DNA of 59,726 nt, counting the filler, from Sluysia triapertura (lineage: Eukaryota): the NCBI GenBank assembly GCA_046118255.1. It is 5 parts of 5 records of this genome, joined end to end, with 100 filler letters (N's around TTAATTAATTAA, not from the genome) between each part and the next. Parts side by side here need not be neighbours in the genome. Positions count along the whole stretch, not along the records: positions 1 to 10,843 come from JBJNIA010192750.1; positions 10,944 to 22,291 come from JBJNIA010185679.1; 3 more parts are not named here. One strand, 5' to 3'. This document shows positions 1-13,620 of the stretch, piece after piece (position 1 is the first letter of the stretch; each line of letters begins with the position of its first letter). A program made the translations under genes and the position numbers. The notes beneath the pieces are model-generated. The model searched no databases. It had not been told where the DNA came from and saw only the letters and a program-made list of their open reading frames with translations.

Positions 1-51
1 GTGATAGCATTATTTTCCTAATATTATATTGCACAAAACGAAAAGCTATTT

Positions 52-170
52 TAAACCTCCAGCATTTTTTATTAATCTACAGCACTTATATTTTAAAATC
101 CAACGCTTGGCCGTTAACTCGGTAAGACCAAGACGTTGGTGGACTCACCTTTTAAGTTACATTTATTCTC
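52..170 (+). repeat. Structured dispersed repeat R2, copy 1
   Basis: aaaatccaacgcttggccgttaactcggtaagaccaagacgttggtggactcac aligns with 46527-46580; nested stems ccaacg/cgttgg, cttgg/ccaag, ccg/cgg. Confidence 0.75.
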
Positions 171-1229
171 GCAGAATAGATACATTTTTTTTTTAATTAC
201 ATTTATTTTTCATAAAATTCTTGCAAAAAGCAATTACGTGACACGTAAGAATTTAGAAATATTCGCATAGTTCTTATATGACGAGTATACGAATAAATCG
301 TCCTTCTTTATTTAACTTTAAGTCAGCCTGTTACGGTCTGACAAATTATATTATAATTTAAAGATAAATTTAAAGAGATTAATGTTTGAGTTATTTAGGA
401 ATAAAATAAACTTAACAAGTATTTAACTATATTTTAATTCACTTTAAACAATAAAATAATTAAAAACAATTCAATAAAAGTATAATAATAATCAGTTTAA
501 CTGGTACTTAAGGGATTGAGTCTCTTAGTACTTAAAAAATTTTAAAATGATTTTAACCTAGTCTTTTGGCGGTCTAAGAAAGTTAATAAAATTTAAGTTA
601 ATTTTAATTTACTATTAGAAATTAAAAAACCTTATACAAACCTATACAAAAGTTTTATTAGTAAAGTGTTACGAAGTAAAACAAAATTTTAGTATTTGTT
701 TAATTTCCGTAGTTAATAAATTTATTGAGTATTGTTTTAATGTTTTATTAAAGACTTTTAATAAATTAATTAATTTTATACATTTATTTCAAGTTATAGA
801 TTATCATAATACCCGAAACACCACTATAGAGAATTCATCAAATAATGGTTTAGCAAATTTAAGATTCTTGTTCATCAGTTTTCTAATTTTCACATATCTA
901 GAGATAAAGATGAAGCCCAAAATCGTATATTAAATGTCAAAAAATTAAGTGAACATATAGCCATCTATCAAATAGTGCGCATCACAGCCGATGCGTGTCT
1001 TTTTTCTAATTATCGAATTGTTCGTTCTCCAAATGATAAAGACAAAATCAATGGAATTAATAATGTTCTTAGGACACAAAATTCAGCATTAATTGCGGCA
1101 ACACCAGCACCATCTTCAAGTGGAATTCATGATTTAACTGACTAAGAACAATTATTAGTATATCAATTGTAAATTATTTTTTGGATGTTCCTAAGAATAA
1201 TATTCAAGCTTGTTGATACCATTTTAAAA

Positions 1230-2150
1230 TTATATAAAATAAGTGACAAAATTATGAATTTTAAATTTAGTCATCGATTTACAATTAAATTTAGTTATAT
1301 ATGTTCGTACCCAAAGGTCTTCAGCGTTAACTTTATTATGAGTACGTATGGCATTACCTAATAAATGACAAATAAAAATAACATCTTGCGAGGATTCAAA
1401 TATGCAGTTATTTAATACGACATCGCTCACTGCAATTTCAAAATCATATAAAATAAAAGTAACAAAATCATTAATTTTAATTTTGCCCATGGATTTACAA
1501 TTGAATCCAGTTATATATGTTCGTACCCAAAGGTTTTTGGCATTAACGTCATTATGAGTACATATGGTATTAACCAATAAATGACATATATCGTCATTTA
1601 ATACATCGTTTACGTCCTCAAAATCGCTCGGTGCAATTGCAACTAATGAACAACTAATAAACAATAAATGCCGTATTCTGTTTGAGTGATAATTACGAAA
1701 TTCATCTAACTTATCAAATTGTTCTAAAGCCTTTGTGAGTCTCGTTGAAATACAAATTTTATCTTTGATAAACGTTGATTCAAACTTGAATGAATCGATT
1801 TCCTCAAATATTTTAAATATTATGGCTGTTTGTGGACATTCTTCGACAATTTCCTTTACAAGGTTAAAAGAATATAAAGATTAAAATGATATATAAAGAT
1901 CAAACCCAAAATCGTTTTTTAATGGTTGACCGCAATTCAAAATTTTTAATAAAGATTTCAAAACGTGACTAAATTTTTTCATAAACGTAGTATGATTAAT
2001 GAAAAATTTAACTCTTTCGAAAAATATTATAACATCTCTTGGAACAATAGTAGTTATATACGTTACTACTTCATCATTGTAGGAAAATCACATAAAATTC
2101 ATCACACTCGGAACAAGAATACGATCTTTTACATTTTAGATATAAAAGCA
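1230..2150 (-). pseudogene. Decayed intronless ORF with an internal 72-aa tandem duplication (cargo F)
   Basis: The frame of ORF 1230-1664 stays open upstream to an in-frame TAA near 1883 and coding-like sequence continues beyond it. HLL..I.THN.VNA..LWVRTYIT.FNCKSM occurs twice, 216 bp apart (1301 vs 1517). The 5' boundary is approximate. Confidence 0.6.
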
Positions 2151-2254
2151 TAAAAATATAAAAGTAAGAAATTGCAAACACAAGTGAGAAAATGGTGCGT
2201 CTTAATGATAATAAAATGACAATGAACTCAGAGTTTAATATTTTGGTAAAAAAT

Positions 2255-2378
2255 ATTAATATAAGAAATTGTACTAGGCATTTTATAATGATGAGTGGTG
2301 TAATGTTGTGAATTATATATTGAGGTTTATGTAGATTATTTATGTGGTATGTAGGTAAGTGTGGGCTGGGCCACCACA
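2255..2378 (-). mobile_element. 5' terminus and C/A-rich arm resembling the cassette family, upstream of cargo F
   Basis: Minus strand reads tgtggtggcccagcccacacttacctacatacc..., matching the TGTGRTGG terminus and strand skew of other copies; hairpins not seen. Confidence 0.45.
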
Positions 2379-3418
2379 GATGCATTTGAATTTTTGTGAT
2401 TTTTACAATTAAGTTGATGCTTTAAAATTTATGACAATCGGTATCTGAATTTTCTAACAGGGGAAGAAAGTACGAAATATTCTCTGCTGTCTGTGTATAT
2501 TAAAGATTTAATATCATTCTTTGCATCATTCAGTACTGCAGCACATCTAATTTTCTGTAAGAATATCATTTGAAAAGTTTGCCTCTTCACTGTTGTATTT
2601 TGATACCTAAAATGTGTGTCTAAAGAGACTAAAGTTGAAAACCATTTAGATTATTGTACTTTTTAATGTTACCTTTAATTTATTTAATTTTGTTTTTAGT
2701 TGCAAAGTTGTGTGCTTAGGTTTTAGTGATTCATTATCCTGAACACTATAAACCGTATTCTTGATAAATTTCATGTTTTCAGACGATACACCTTTAATTC
2801 ACAAATACCTGAATTTAGTAGTGTTTACAGACAGTGACAGTTCCCTAACAGCGAACAGATGGCATCGTTCAATAATTTACAGGTTTTCATATCCACTTCA
2901 TAAAGTGCACTTCACTTTGAATACTGAACTTTGAATCTGACTGCTTTCATTTATTTTCAGGATATACACTTGTTGGTATAATATTCATTGTGGCGCCAGT
3001 ATCAATAGTACATTTCAGAGTTTTGTTAGAGTGACTTTACATTCAGGTAGGTGCATTCTCACTGTGTTTATATTTAACTTATCCAAAGTTACACATTTTG
3101 CTGATTTATTTTACAACATTTGAAACATGCATTTTTAATAATTAAATGGTTCGGTTATCTAGCCTTAACTTTTATTAACTTCGGGTCTCTTCAAATTATT
3201 CAGATTAATATTACGCTTTAAACACGACCTAACTACAGTTTTATCAATATTTAAAGAAATAGTACACTCCATTAATGTCAAAATATGTTGAGATTAAAGC
3301 AGTCCTCTTACGTATTGATTACCATTTAACTTCTCAATTCTTTAATTGTGGTAGAATTAAAATATATTGTGATTTATGAAAATTAAACAATTAAAACTTA
3401 ATATTTTGTAAATTCCAG

Positions 3419-3748
3419 GGTCGAATTGAAACTCCATCTGACATACTATGTATGGCACTTGGTAGTGTTCCAGCAGAAGAACAACGCTGTCGATTTCTCG
3501 CTGTTGGATTGGGTGATCAGACAGTTCGTATTTACCTATTAGATCCATCGAATTGTTTGTCACAATTGACAATGCAGAATTTACCTGTTAATCCAGAAAG
3601 CTTGTGTATTGCAGAATTAGGAGGTGGTGCTAGTATTCCTATCTTTACGGATGAAACAACAACTAATTCTAGTACTCCTGGAACTTTGTATTTAAGTATC
3701 GGATTACAAAATGGAGGTCTTTTGAGAATAGTTATGGACTCAGTTAAG
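3419..3748 (+). CDS. SF3B3: Splicing factor 3B subunit 3 (SAP130), internal exon
   Basis: ttccag|GRIETPSDILCMALGSVPAEEQRCRFLAVGL...LYLSIGLQNG..DSVK|gt; recognisable SF3B3 peptide, phase 0/0. Confidence 0.93.
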
Positions 3749-4021
3749 GTTAGAATCGTTTAATTAAAATAATTAAACAGAAATTATTAGATCCCATAGG
3801 AAGAGATATTAATTAATTCATTGGTGTTAAATATTTTAAATATTTATCTAGATATATTCATAAATATAAGACAAGATTTCTGGAATATCTGAGTTCAAAT
3901 TTTTTAGGTAATTAAAAACAAAAACTAAGTCAAGCACAATAATTTATAATTATTACTGACGAAATAGTTATCCGATGATTAACAAAATAATAATAACTGA
4001 ACAATCCTTATTCAAATTTAG

Positions 4022-4529
4022 GGCGATTTAACTGATACACGTACTCGATATCTTGGCAATCAGCCAGTTAGATTGTTTCGAATTACAGTCCAAAATAGCG
4101 AAGCAGTTCTTGCAGTTGCTACACGCCCTTGGCTTAGTTATTCATATCAGAACAGGTTTAATTTAACTCCATTTAGTTACGAAGCTCTCGAATACGCTGC
4201 CGGATTTTCTTCAGAGCAATGTCCAGAAGGAATAGTAGCGATTTGTCGCAACAGTTTGCGGATTTTAGCGCTAGAAAAATTAGGCACGATTTTCAATCAA
4301 AAAATGACAAATTTGGGATATACACCGAGAAAATTTTCCTTACATCTTCCAACAGGCAATGCAGTCATCATTGAAACAGATCATAATGCGTATACTCGTG
4401 AATCGAAAGAAGAACGAAAGCAGCAAATGGCACAGAAGATGTTGGAATCTCCTGCAGATGATGAAGCTGAAATTGCTAAAGAAATGGCTGCGGCATATTT
4501 AGCAGAAAATTTGGATGAAAAAGTTTTTG
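4022..4529 (+). CDS. SF3B3: SF3B3 internal exon
   Basis: tttag|GDLTDTRTRYLG...FSSEQCPEGIVAI...IIETDHNAYT...EKVF g|gt; phase 0/1. Confidence 0.95.
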
Positions 4530-5546
4530 GTTAGTTTTATATTAAATTTATGTTTGGAAATTTACGGAAAATTGATTTATCTGTAATCGGTACTTTTTGA
4601 ATTAGCAAATTACCAGTATTTTATATCTAAAATATTATCATGAAATTTATATAAAATATCGCAGTTAAAACAATTACACAATCAAAACGAAAACCAATTT
4701 AACTGGCAATAGCGTGGATATTATGTTATTAATTATTTTGAAATCTTCCGAAAATGAAAATTCATTTGACTATTTCATCGTGTTTTGCAATCAAGACTGA
4801 GTGATATTCATATATAAAGCAAAATTCTTAGAATTTGACTAGAATGAATTACTTCTAACTCAAATTGTACCTAAGTTTGAATTTTTCACCTGCATTTACC
4901 GTGCATGAATTTTGGCCGATTAAGCGAAAACCGTTAAGGTAGGGTAAGATATTAATGTTTTTATAAATCTGAGATAATAGACTTATTATTTTGAACGACA
5001 ATAGAATCAGAATTATTAAAGAGGTTTACAGTGTTTGCTTGGTTTGATGATTATTGTTTTAAATTAACTTCAATTGCGAACTTTAGTGGAACTTTAGTAA
5101 AGGTAATTGAGTGGAAGGAATTTTCTTACATTTTTGTTTTGCAGTTTTGCAGTTTTTTCTGATTCAAAAGCGATATAATGCTAATATTTCATTTCTATGC
5201 TTACATGATTAATTCTAAGTTCTTGAAGAGTTGCTAATTTACTTTGTAGATATGGAATTCTTACACTAATAATTTCAGCAATGTCTTGAAATACTGATTT
5301 GGGTTCTATTTTTTATACATACATTTTATAATAAAAAAATAATCCTGTAACAATATGTATATAATGTAATTATTTATAATCTTCTCACTTGCATTTTCTG
5401 AAATTAGCCGAACATTTCTAATTTAAGTTCTTGCAACTGTTGTCTTGCTCAATGCATTGTATCACTTCATGTATGTGGAAAATAAAATGGCTCTGATTGT
5501 AATTTCCTAAAAGTTTTAAATTTATATTAATATTTTTTGGATTTAG

Positions 5547-5685
5547 GAGCTCCCAAAGCAGGTACAGGATTTTGGGCAAGTGTAATTCGTGTTATAAATC
5601 CACTAAGCAGTAATGAATTACAAGTTATAGAGTTGCCACAAAACGAAGCAGCTGTTTCTATGATTATGGGAAAATTCTCATCCAG
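5547..5685 (+). CDS. SF3B3: SF3B3 internal exon
   Basis: tttag|(G)APKAGTGFWASVIRVINP...QNEAAVS...KFSS ag|gt; phase 1 joins the previous exon. Confidence 0.92.
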
Positions 5686-7992
5686 GTATAATTTTATATT
5701 TAACTTCAAAATTCATTTTTTTCTATCAGGTGCTTTTATTTCTAAACATAGAATTTGTTAAAGGTTTTCTTAAGTAAGAGTCCAAAGATTTTCAATATAA
5801 TTCAAATAAAGAAACTTAATATCCCTCTTTACGTTTCAATTTTCAATTCCTCTTCTAAATTTATATAGCTTATATTTAATCTTTGGGTTTCTGTTAATTA
5901 TTCATCTATGATGACCTATTCTTCGTAAGTAGAAATCACTTAGAAGTACCTGTTGCCTTTAGACGTTGCTGGTTTTACAAAATTCTCGTTGAATGTACGT
6001 GGATTTGTCAGTTTTTTCCAATTTCATCATAATTTTATGAGGTCTTACAGAAGATTTGAATTGTTTATAGAATACATACTTTCCATGCCCAATAATTTTC
6101 AGGATAACTGCAGCGAGAGATTATTTTCAATATTTTCTTTATAATTAAATTCCTAATTTTTCTTATTTTTTTTATTAATAACCTACCAATTTTATTTATG
6201 TCTAGAGCCGGCTTAAGGCTAGGCTGATTTTAAGTACATATAAGAGTTGTATCAACGTTTGTTATTTCGTCGTTAAAATACCTTCCATGACAATTTATGG
6301 GTCTTATGCATTTGATCATTAAACTATTTATCTTTCATTTTGAGTGTTAGGAACTTTCTATGACATATCATTATGTTTCATATCTTGTTCAGAATAATTC
6401 ATGAAGCGCCTAGTTTTACATCTTATATTAACAAGGAGATGATCTACCCTACATAATTGAAAACGGCAAGTCACATTAGTGCTTTCTCTTTAAATAATAA
6501 ATAAAATCTCGAACACATACTTGAATTGTGTTATCAGCCTCGTTAAAACTCTGGCTAATTTCAGAATGTTTTCGAATTACACGATCAACTTCGTGGAGAA
6601 CTTCGCATGTTCTCGAGTAAGAAAATACATTTTACGAAGACTATGCGACTTTAAATTGTTTTTGAATTACGCAGTAGATTTTCCGAAGACTTTGGATAAC
6701 TTTAATATGTTTCACTTTATTTCCTATCAATATGCATGATATAAATTTTTCCTAAACATGTTCGAAATTTGTAAACAAACTACTGAATTAACATCTCAAT
6801 GTATCACTTTTACATTGATACTATACTATCATCAAATGTCAGTAACAAACAGTATTTCTCCATATTGTAATCGCGGACTATAAGTAGACTTATCTTAAAT
6901 TTATTAATATAAAATTGGTAGTAAACGTTTTGAGAAATCTGACATAAAAATCTAAAACTATGGTGTTTTTTGATATACGATGAAGTTGGTACTAGCTTTC
7001 ATTACTTTAAATTTAATTGTTGCATACTTACATGTAAACGACTTTGATGATGATGAAGTGATAATAATTAATTATCATGATATAATGATAACTATGGGGG
7101 TGATGACGAAATGACGTAAGGGTGCTGAATAAAGTACTGATGATGATGGCTTGGCAACTCAGATGTGTCAGGTGAAACTGATGCATGGCTTGTAATTTCG
7201 TCTTCATCTTCATAACAGCTAATTTTTTCCAAGTCGAAAATTTGTTCTGATTTTGAACTTTTATTACACCCACCATATAATATAAGTGTAAATTTTATAT
7301 TTATGTTTGCTTATTTCCCAATTATATAAATTCGTCACTATCTTCCTTTAATTATCTTAGTTTTAATTAAAATCTGTTCTTTTATATTCTCTTATTAATT
7401 TAATACAAATTTAATATAGATGTTTGAGTCGTTACTTGTCTCCGATGTAACAGATGGAACTGCAAAATTTTAATAAGTAGATTATATTTTCAAATCTTAC
7501 TTTTCAACACCGAAATTAATGAAACTTTATTTATACAGCGCTATTACTAATAAAATATATACCAATAAATAACTAAAATTACTTATGCCAGATGAATTTT
7601 TTCCTTTAGGGAAATATAAGTTTAATACTTCAATTTTACAATTTAAACTATTAATAAAGAATTAATTTGACTTACGTATTTCGATTAAAAGAAGTTCTGG
7701 TGCAACAATAACATTTCAATCCTTTAAAATATTTTTTCAGTAATCAGTTAATTTCCAACCAATCTATATGTTCGTAGAATAGTTTTTTCGACAAATGATT
7801 TTTCAACAGTGGGATTTCAAATTAAATTTTCGTAGAATTATTCTCGATAAATAAACTTGTAAATTTAAAGCAGTTTTTCGTTAATGAATTAATTTCTAAT
7901 TAATTTGTAAATATCAGTTTAAAAATTCTTTTTTTTGCCTTTTTAAGTAACAGTAAAGAAATAACTATTATAGTGATTTTTATTATGGTTTT

Positions 7993-9250
7993 TGTGGTGT
8001 CTCAACCGCACACGACAGTTTTGTTACCACCTTCACACATAAATTTATACTTAACTCACACAAAACGTTATTAATATATCACTATCTCATTGCACTCAAT
8101 ATAAATTACATTCTAGTTGTCAACAGTAAATTGTTTTATAATTCATGTACAAATTTGTTTTACACCAAATCCACCTTACAAATCCAATAGAATTTACAAA
8201 ATGTAAAATTTACTAAATTAAAATGGTAATAATTAATTATCCTAACATTAATTCTTTTTTTGACATCACCCTTCTTATCCTCATGACCGTCAGTAACGAT
8301 TATCATTGGCTTTCATGTTATTTCCGTAATTTAATTTTTGTTATTTATTTTCACTTTTAATCTTAGATGTCAAATAACATCTGTATATGTAATACATAAT
8401 TAAGGAAGAGTTGAGGGTGAATTAATTCGCCAAATTACTATATGTTGTGCGTGATGAAACATGCTATACTATTACCGCTTATCGAATGTTTTTAGTTCAC
8501 ACAAGAAAAATTTTGAAACCGAAACGAAAGATTTTGATAGACAAATGATTTAATACTAAAAGCTTAACGAATTGAACGCAAGGTACAAGAACAACGCAAC
8601 GCAGAAGAAATACTATCGATAAAATTTCAAATGGATAAACATCGCCACTGAACACGTGGTTACTTCGATCGCAATATTTTTATCGAGGATGATGAAACCG
8701 GCGAAGAGATTTTGATAAAAAAAATTGTGTCATTTGTTTCTTAATCACAACCATGATATTGACTGGATTCAGCTTGTCAAATATGCTTATGGTGAGAGTA
8801 CCTTTTCAATTTTTCGGAAAGAAACAATGCAATCAAATATCGAATAAAATCTGACAATTACAAGGACGAATTATCCAATAGTATTTTGGAAACTCTGCCA
8901 AAGTGAGAGTCATTACTCTATATACTGCAATACTTTTATTAGACCATGACAATGCTAATAAATTGTTATTTTTACTTAGTGTTTTTCACAAAATTAGTTT
9001 ATCACTGCAAAATAACAGAAACACTTACTTTTTGTTTTAGTTATGGAAAATTGTTAATGATTTTATTGTAATATATTGAAATTTTAAAGTGTACAGTTTG
9101 AATTTATTAAAGAGGTTATCTGAAGAATTAAACAATCTGATATTATTTTAGATAGTTATTAACAGCCATAAGATTAATATACATTGTTGGAATCTATTTG
9201 AACTAAAACATGAATTCTTAAAATATCCAATTTCAAGAAAGTGGTCTTAC
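7993..9250 (+). mobile_element. Shortened cassette copy G with decayed PHD-like cargo
   Basis: Starts tgtggtgtctcaacc then a C/A-rich arm. Broken ORF about 8460-8910 has CVICF...DIDWIQ..C. tactttttgttttagttatggaaaatt near 9025 matches the 3' module of copies A, D and E. Confidence 0.5.
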
Positions 9251-10843
9251 GTTCCAAACTCGCTGTGATTTAGTAATTATAATTATGGCAAATATGTTAT
9301 GGTTCAATTTGGTGCTAGTCACGAAAATATTGTATCATCCAGAATGTATGTTAGTAGTCGTCTTCCAGTTTAAGCATATTACCATGAAAGAAGTGGTTCT
9401 AGTTTAATGTTCTGTAGTTATACATATTATAAATTAAAAATAATGGAATTTTGCATTTTTATTTTTTAATAATTGCTTTATGTTTAGTTTTGTAAGGAAC
9501 ATTAAGTCCCCAATATATGTGACTAAGTTAACTAAAAACGATATTCGTAATTCTTTTAAATTAAAATCCATAATGCTAAATAACGAGATTATAAGAGAAC
9601 TAATTTTTTTCTACATTAAATCTATAATATTTAGCCACTTCGCAAATCTGTTCAGTTATAATACAGTTACTATTCAGATGTAATTTCAATGCTTTTATTT
9701 TCACCAAACTTTAAATAAATTCTATATATTATGATTTTCACATAACATACAAAAATAACACATACATAATTAGATATATAATGCAAATAAATGGTTCTAT
9801 TGTAGGGAAATCACATCAAAATTGTAACACTTCTTACATACACAGAACACTAAAAAATACTTGACTCATTCAAAAAACAAACAGTCATTGTACATATGAT
9901 TATCAGAGTATGGTTATTGTTATTATGAACTCAATTGTAATAATAATTTCACATAATTCCTACAACGATATCACAATATCATCAGCATCATCGTATTAAA
10001 ATATAATAATTATATTATTGTTATCATTATGATTTCTGTTCTTTTTACACTTCACATTTTTATTCTTTTGTTTGTGTGAATTTCTATATATGTTCAATTT
10101 ACTTCTGTGCTAGATTCGGCATTCTTCAGAGTTACTATGAAGTTATTAATCAAAAATATGAAATTATGTTATGTAATAAAATGTGTGGATGAAAAGCTAA
10201 TATATTGGGAAGTACTTTTAAGAATTAAGCTGATGATATTTTAATAATAATGATCGAGTTTTAGATTGAGTGGTTCTTTAGCTACCAGTCGAAATTATTA
10301 TAGCAATAATCCGACACGTTCTGGAATCAGTTATGACAATTTAATTAAAACAGCTATTCAAGAATCACAACAATTAACCTTAAATTAAAGAATGATCTAC
10401 TAGATAAGGAATTTTTCCAAAGTGCAAACACAATTAAAAGATCTCAAAATTTCTTTTCGGAACCTTTTTTGGAACCTTATCTTATGAATAAGTGTGAGAT
10501 TAAAATTTAAATACGTTGAATTACAAAAATTTTACAAAGACTTGTAAAACTTGCATTCGATAATTTGTTATTTAAAAGAAAACATAAATACGAACTTGAA
10601 AATTTATTATCGAAAATACACAATTTAATTTATATAATAATTAACATCAAAGTTTGTATAGTGTCATTATATATTTGGACTGTGGAATCCTAAAAAAATA
10701 AATAAAAGATATAAAATAAGTATTCATAAGATAATATAATTATGGTATGTTGTTGTCGTAGTTGTTTGGTAAAATCAAAAAGGTTATGAGTTGCAACATA
10801 TTTTGAGCGTTTAGATCGATTTGGAGAAAAATAGTGTCGATGT

Positions 10844-10943
10844 NNNNNNNNNNNNNNNNNNNNNNNNNNNNNNNNNNNNNNNNNNNNTTAATTAATTAAN
10901 NNNNNNNNNNNNNNNNNNNNNNNNNNNNNNNNNNNNNNNNNNN
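10844..10943. other. Artificial contig spacer (N44-TTAATTAATTAA-N44)
   Basis: Six-frame stop linker inside a 100-bp N block, identical at four places. Confidence 0.98.
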
Positions 10944-12807
10944 CTCCAAGTTTGGTATAAAGCGTATACACTAAGCGAACTGACCCTACAGATAATTTGT
11001 TAAGGTTAAGGAAAAATCTAACAAATCTAATATATAAATATTATGTGTAAAGAGAGGCAATAAAAGTTTATACGATAAAAGTTGAAGTAATTTAAGTCAT
11101 TATTGACGGATAATATATTTAGACTATTACTTACAAACTAAACGTGCATTTTATCGAAAATTCGTTGTAAAATAATTCCAAGCATTGAAGAATAGTAACA
11201 TTTTATAAAGTTTACACTAAAGAGTTTTAATTTTAGTTAAAATTAGAGTAAAGTGAGCATATTGACAAAAGATTTAGAATAGCATTAATAAGAATTCATA
11301 AAGAAAGCTAGAATGATTATAAACACATATAGAATTCATTGATACAAAAAAAAGCATTCAAAGACATTTTAAGTTTTATAAAAAAGTATTACTAAACTTA
11401 CATAATTTTAAAAATTTTACATTATAATTAATAAGATTATTAATTAATATAATTATACTCAAACTTTATAAACTTTAAGCTAGCCAAAAAAATCACATTA
11501 ACTTTTGAATTGGCATACAATTCTTGTATATTTAATATTCTTTCGATCTCTTACTTTATTTCCGTGATATTTAGAATAAAATTATTAGAATTAATAAAGG
11601 AGTTGAAGCATTAATGACAAATAGGTTTAGTTAAATCGAACAAGTTAATTTAATAAGATAAAAGATATTAAATTGTGAAAGGATCTCCCAAAATTCCTTG
11701 AAAAATAAATCTTATGGATACATTCTATAAGATAAACCGCATAATGTAGGCAAGTTCACATTCTATTTTGCTTCAATTTCATAGAGAAACCAAATTGTTT
11801 GACGGGAAACGGTATGTTTATGCACAAAATAGTTGTGTAATATGATTATATGGAAATTATGTATTGATGTTAAAATATTAATTGATACGAAGTGACATTA
11901 AACTGCCAAATGCATCTGACATATGCATCACACAAAATAGAATATGTAAAATTATAAAATCACCAAATGGGAGTACGGTGGCAATGAATGTGTTATGTGC
12001 TAACGTAATTTATGATCGCATTACACTGCATTCATTTGTAGAATTCATTTAGTTATTTTTTAGACAAATAACTCACTTAACTTCTATCAAAGCCTCTTAC
12101 CATATTAACACTTAAAGCGCTATTTTTTTGAAAACTTTATGTATACCTAGGGAATTTAAAGGCGCATGCATTTTTATGCATAAAATGAAATAATTCCTAA
12201 ACAACACGTGATTTTTTATCAAAATTTCACGCGATTTTAATAACTAGATAAACTCTTTTGCTTCTACATGGTTCATGTTAACATGATTACTGCCAACTAC
12301 AAATTATCTTTGTGTTAAACTCAACTAGGAGTTGAACTCATCATTTCCAATGAAGAATTATGACTTGAAATGAATGGTGAACGGAATGATACGCCATTAG
12401 TAATTGTTGGCCATGGTTTAAGCATGAAGACCAAGATGGAGGCTGCTGTTAAATTTAAAGTTCAACAAGTGAATCAAATCGAAAAACAATACGATCTCGA
12501 AAAACAAAATCTAATAAACAAATCAAAATTAAAAATGAACAAAATACTATTTATCTAGGTACATCTGAAGATAGTCTAAATACCCTTATTTTATACATTG
12601 TCTAAAGGTTGTAAAGATTCGGACTGATGTGTTAAGTATGTTATTTTGCATTTGTGTCGACGTTTACAGGATATTGTTCTTGATTTTATCTTAAAGATAA
12701 AATTTTGACTAAAACTAAAATAAACTTTTATATTAAGCAATATAAAAATAGATGGAAGCGTGCCTTGTTAATCTGACTTTTATCTCAATTTTTTAATGTT
12801 TTTGTAA

Positions 12808-13620
12808 GTGTTAGGTTGTTATTCAAAATGCATTAAAATTATTTATAAATATCTAAAATCACTTAAAAAATATTTATTTTCTAAAAAAGAAAATTATTTT
12901 CCAAAAAAGAAAATTTCTACAAAAGAAAATTCGCTTCTACATATATGGAACAGAAGCTTATAGTTTCATTGGCTGATGACTAGTATAGAAACTAGCACCA
13001 ATGTAATGAAAATCACCATTTTATGATTTTCAGCGCCATTTGTAATTTGTATACAAATTTTCTTTATAACCGACAAGATTGTGAATCAACATATTGAATT
13101 TTTAAACATTTCGAACAAATTTAATATACGAGGGATTTTATATTCCATGAAAGTGTAACTTATTTTATTGTTAAGGTGATTTCGATTTTTATAAATCAAG
13201 ATCCTAAAATACAAGAAAAATCAATTGTTAGCTTTAATATTGTAAGAAGCCCTACATATAGGGGGGAAATTTTATACTTAAATTTTAAAAGCAATTAGGT
13301 CGAATATCCCAAGAGGATATAGATCATAAAATAATAATTACTTCTTATTTTGTTTTTTTATTTTTTATTATAACTTATTATTATGTTATTTAGTTTAATA
13401 TAATTGAAAAGTAATTTAGTTTTTTCTTTATTGTTCTATTTAAAATTAAGACACTCGTAACAAAATTGTTAGGAACGTGTTAAAGATAACATTATACTAA
13501 AATTCTTAACTCATTAGTTGCAGAAGCGCCAACTACTAGTTGTAAGATGTTTACTGTAACCGGACCCTGCTCAATTTTTTATTTTTCCTTAGGTTTAGCT
13601 TTAAGAAAACCACAGCATAA
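12808..13620 (-). repeat. Dispersed ~0.8 kb repeat R1, copy 1
   Basis: Reverse complement shares aacctaagg..gagcaggRtccggttacagtaa, tgctagtttMtatactagtcatca and terminal caacctaa with 54113-54932 and 22955-23748. Confidence 0.8.

Noticed and set aside
230-820. Mitochondrial rRNA-like words (cacgtaagaattt, ttggcggt)
   Set aside because: Only isolated short matches with no collinear 12S/16S core, tRNAs or mitochondrial ORFs; a NUMT is not supported
2961-3046. Exon-like segment with good AG/GT sites upstream of SF3B3
   Set aside because: No frame resembles SF3B3 or anything I recognise
7028-7276. 82-aa ORF and gccatcatcatcag similarity to hairpin 1
   Set aside because: Low-complexity ATC-rich sequence with no complementary arm; too weak to call a gene or a cassette copy
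10888-10899. Repeated TTAATTAATTAA motif inside N runs
   Set aside because: Assembly linker with stops in all six frames, not biological; adjacency across these gaps may not be real
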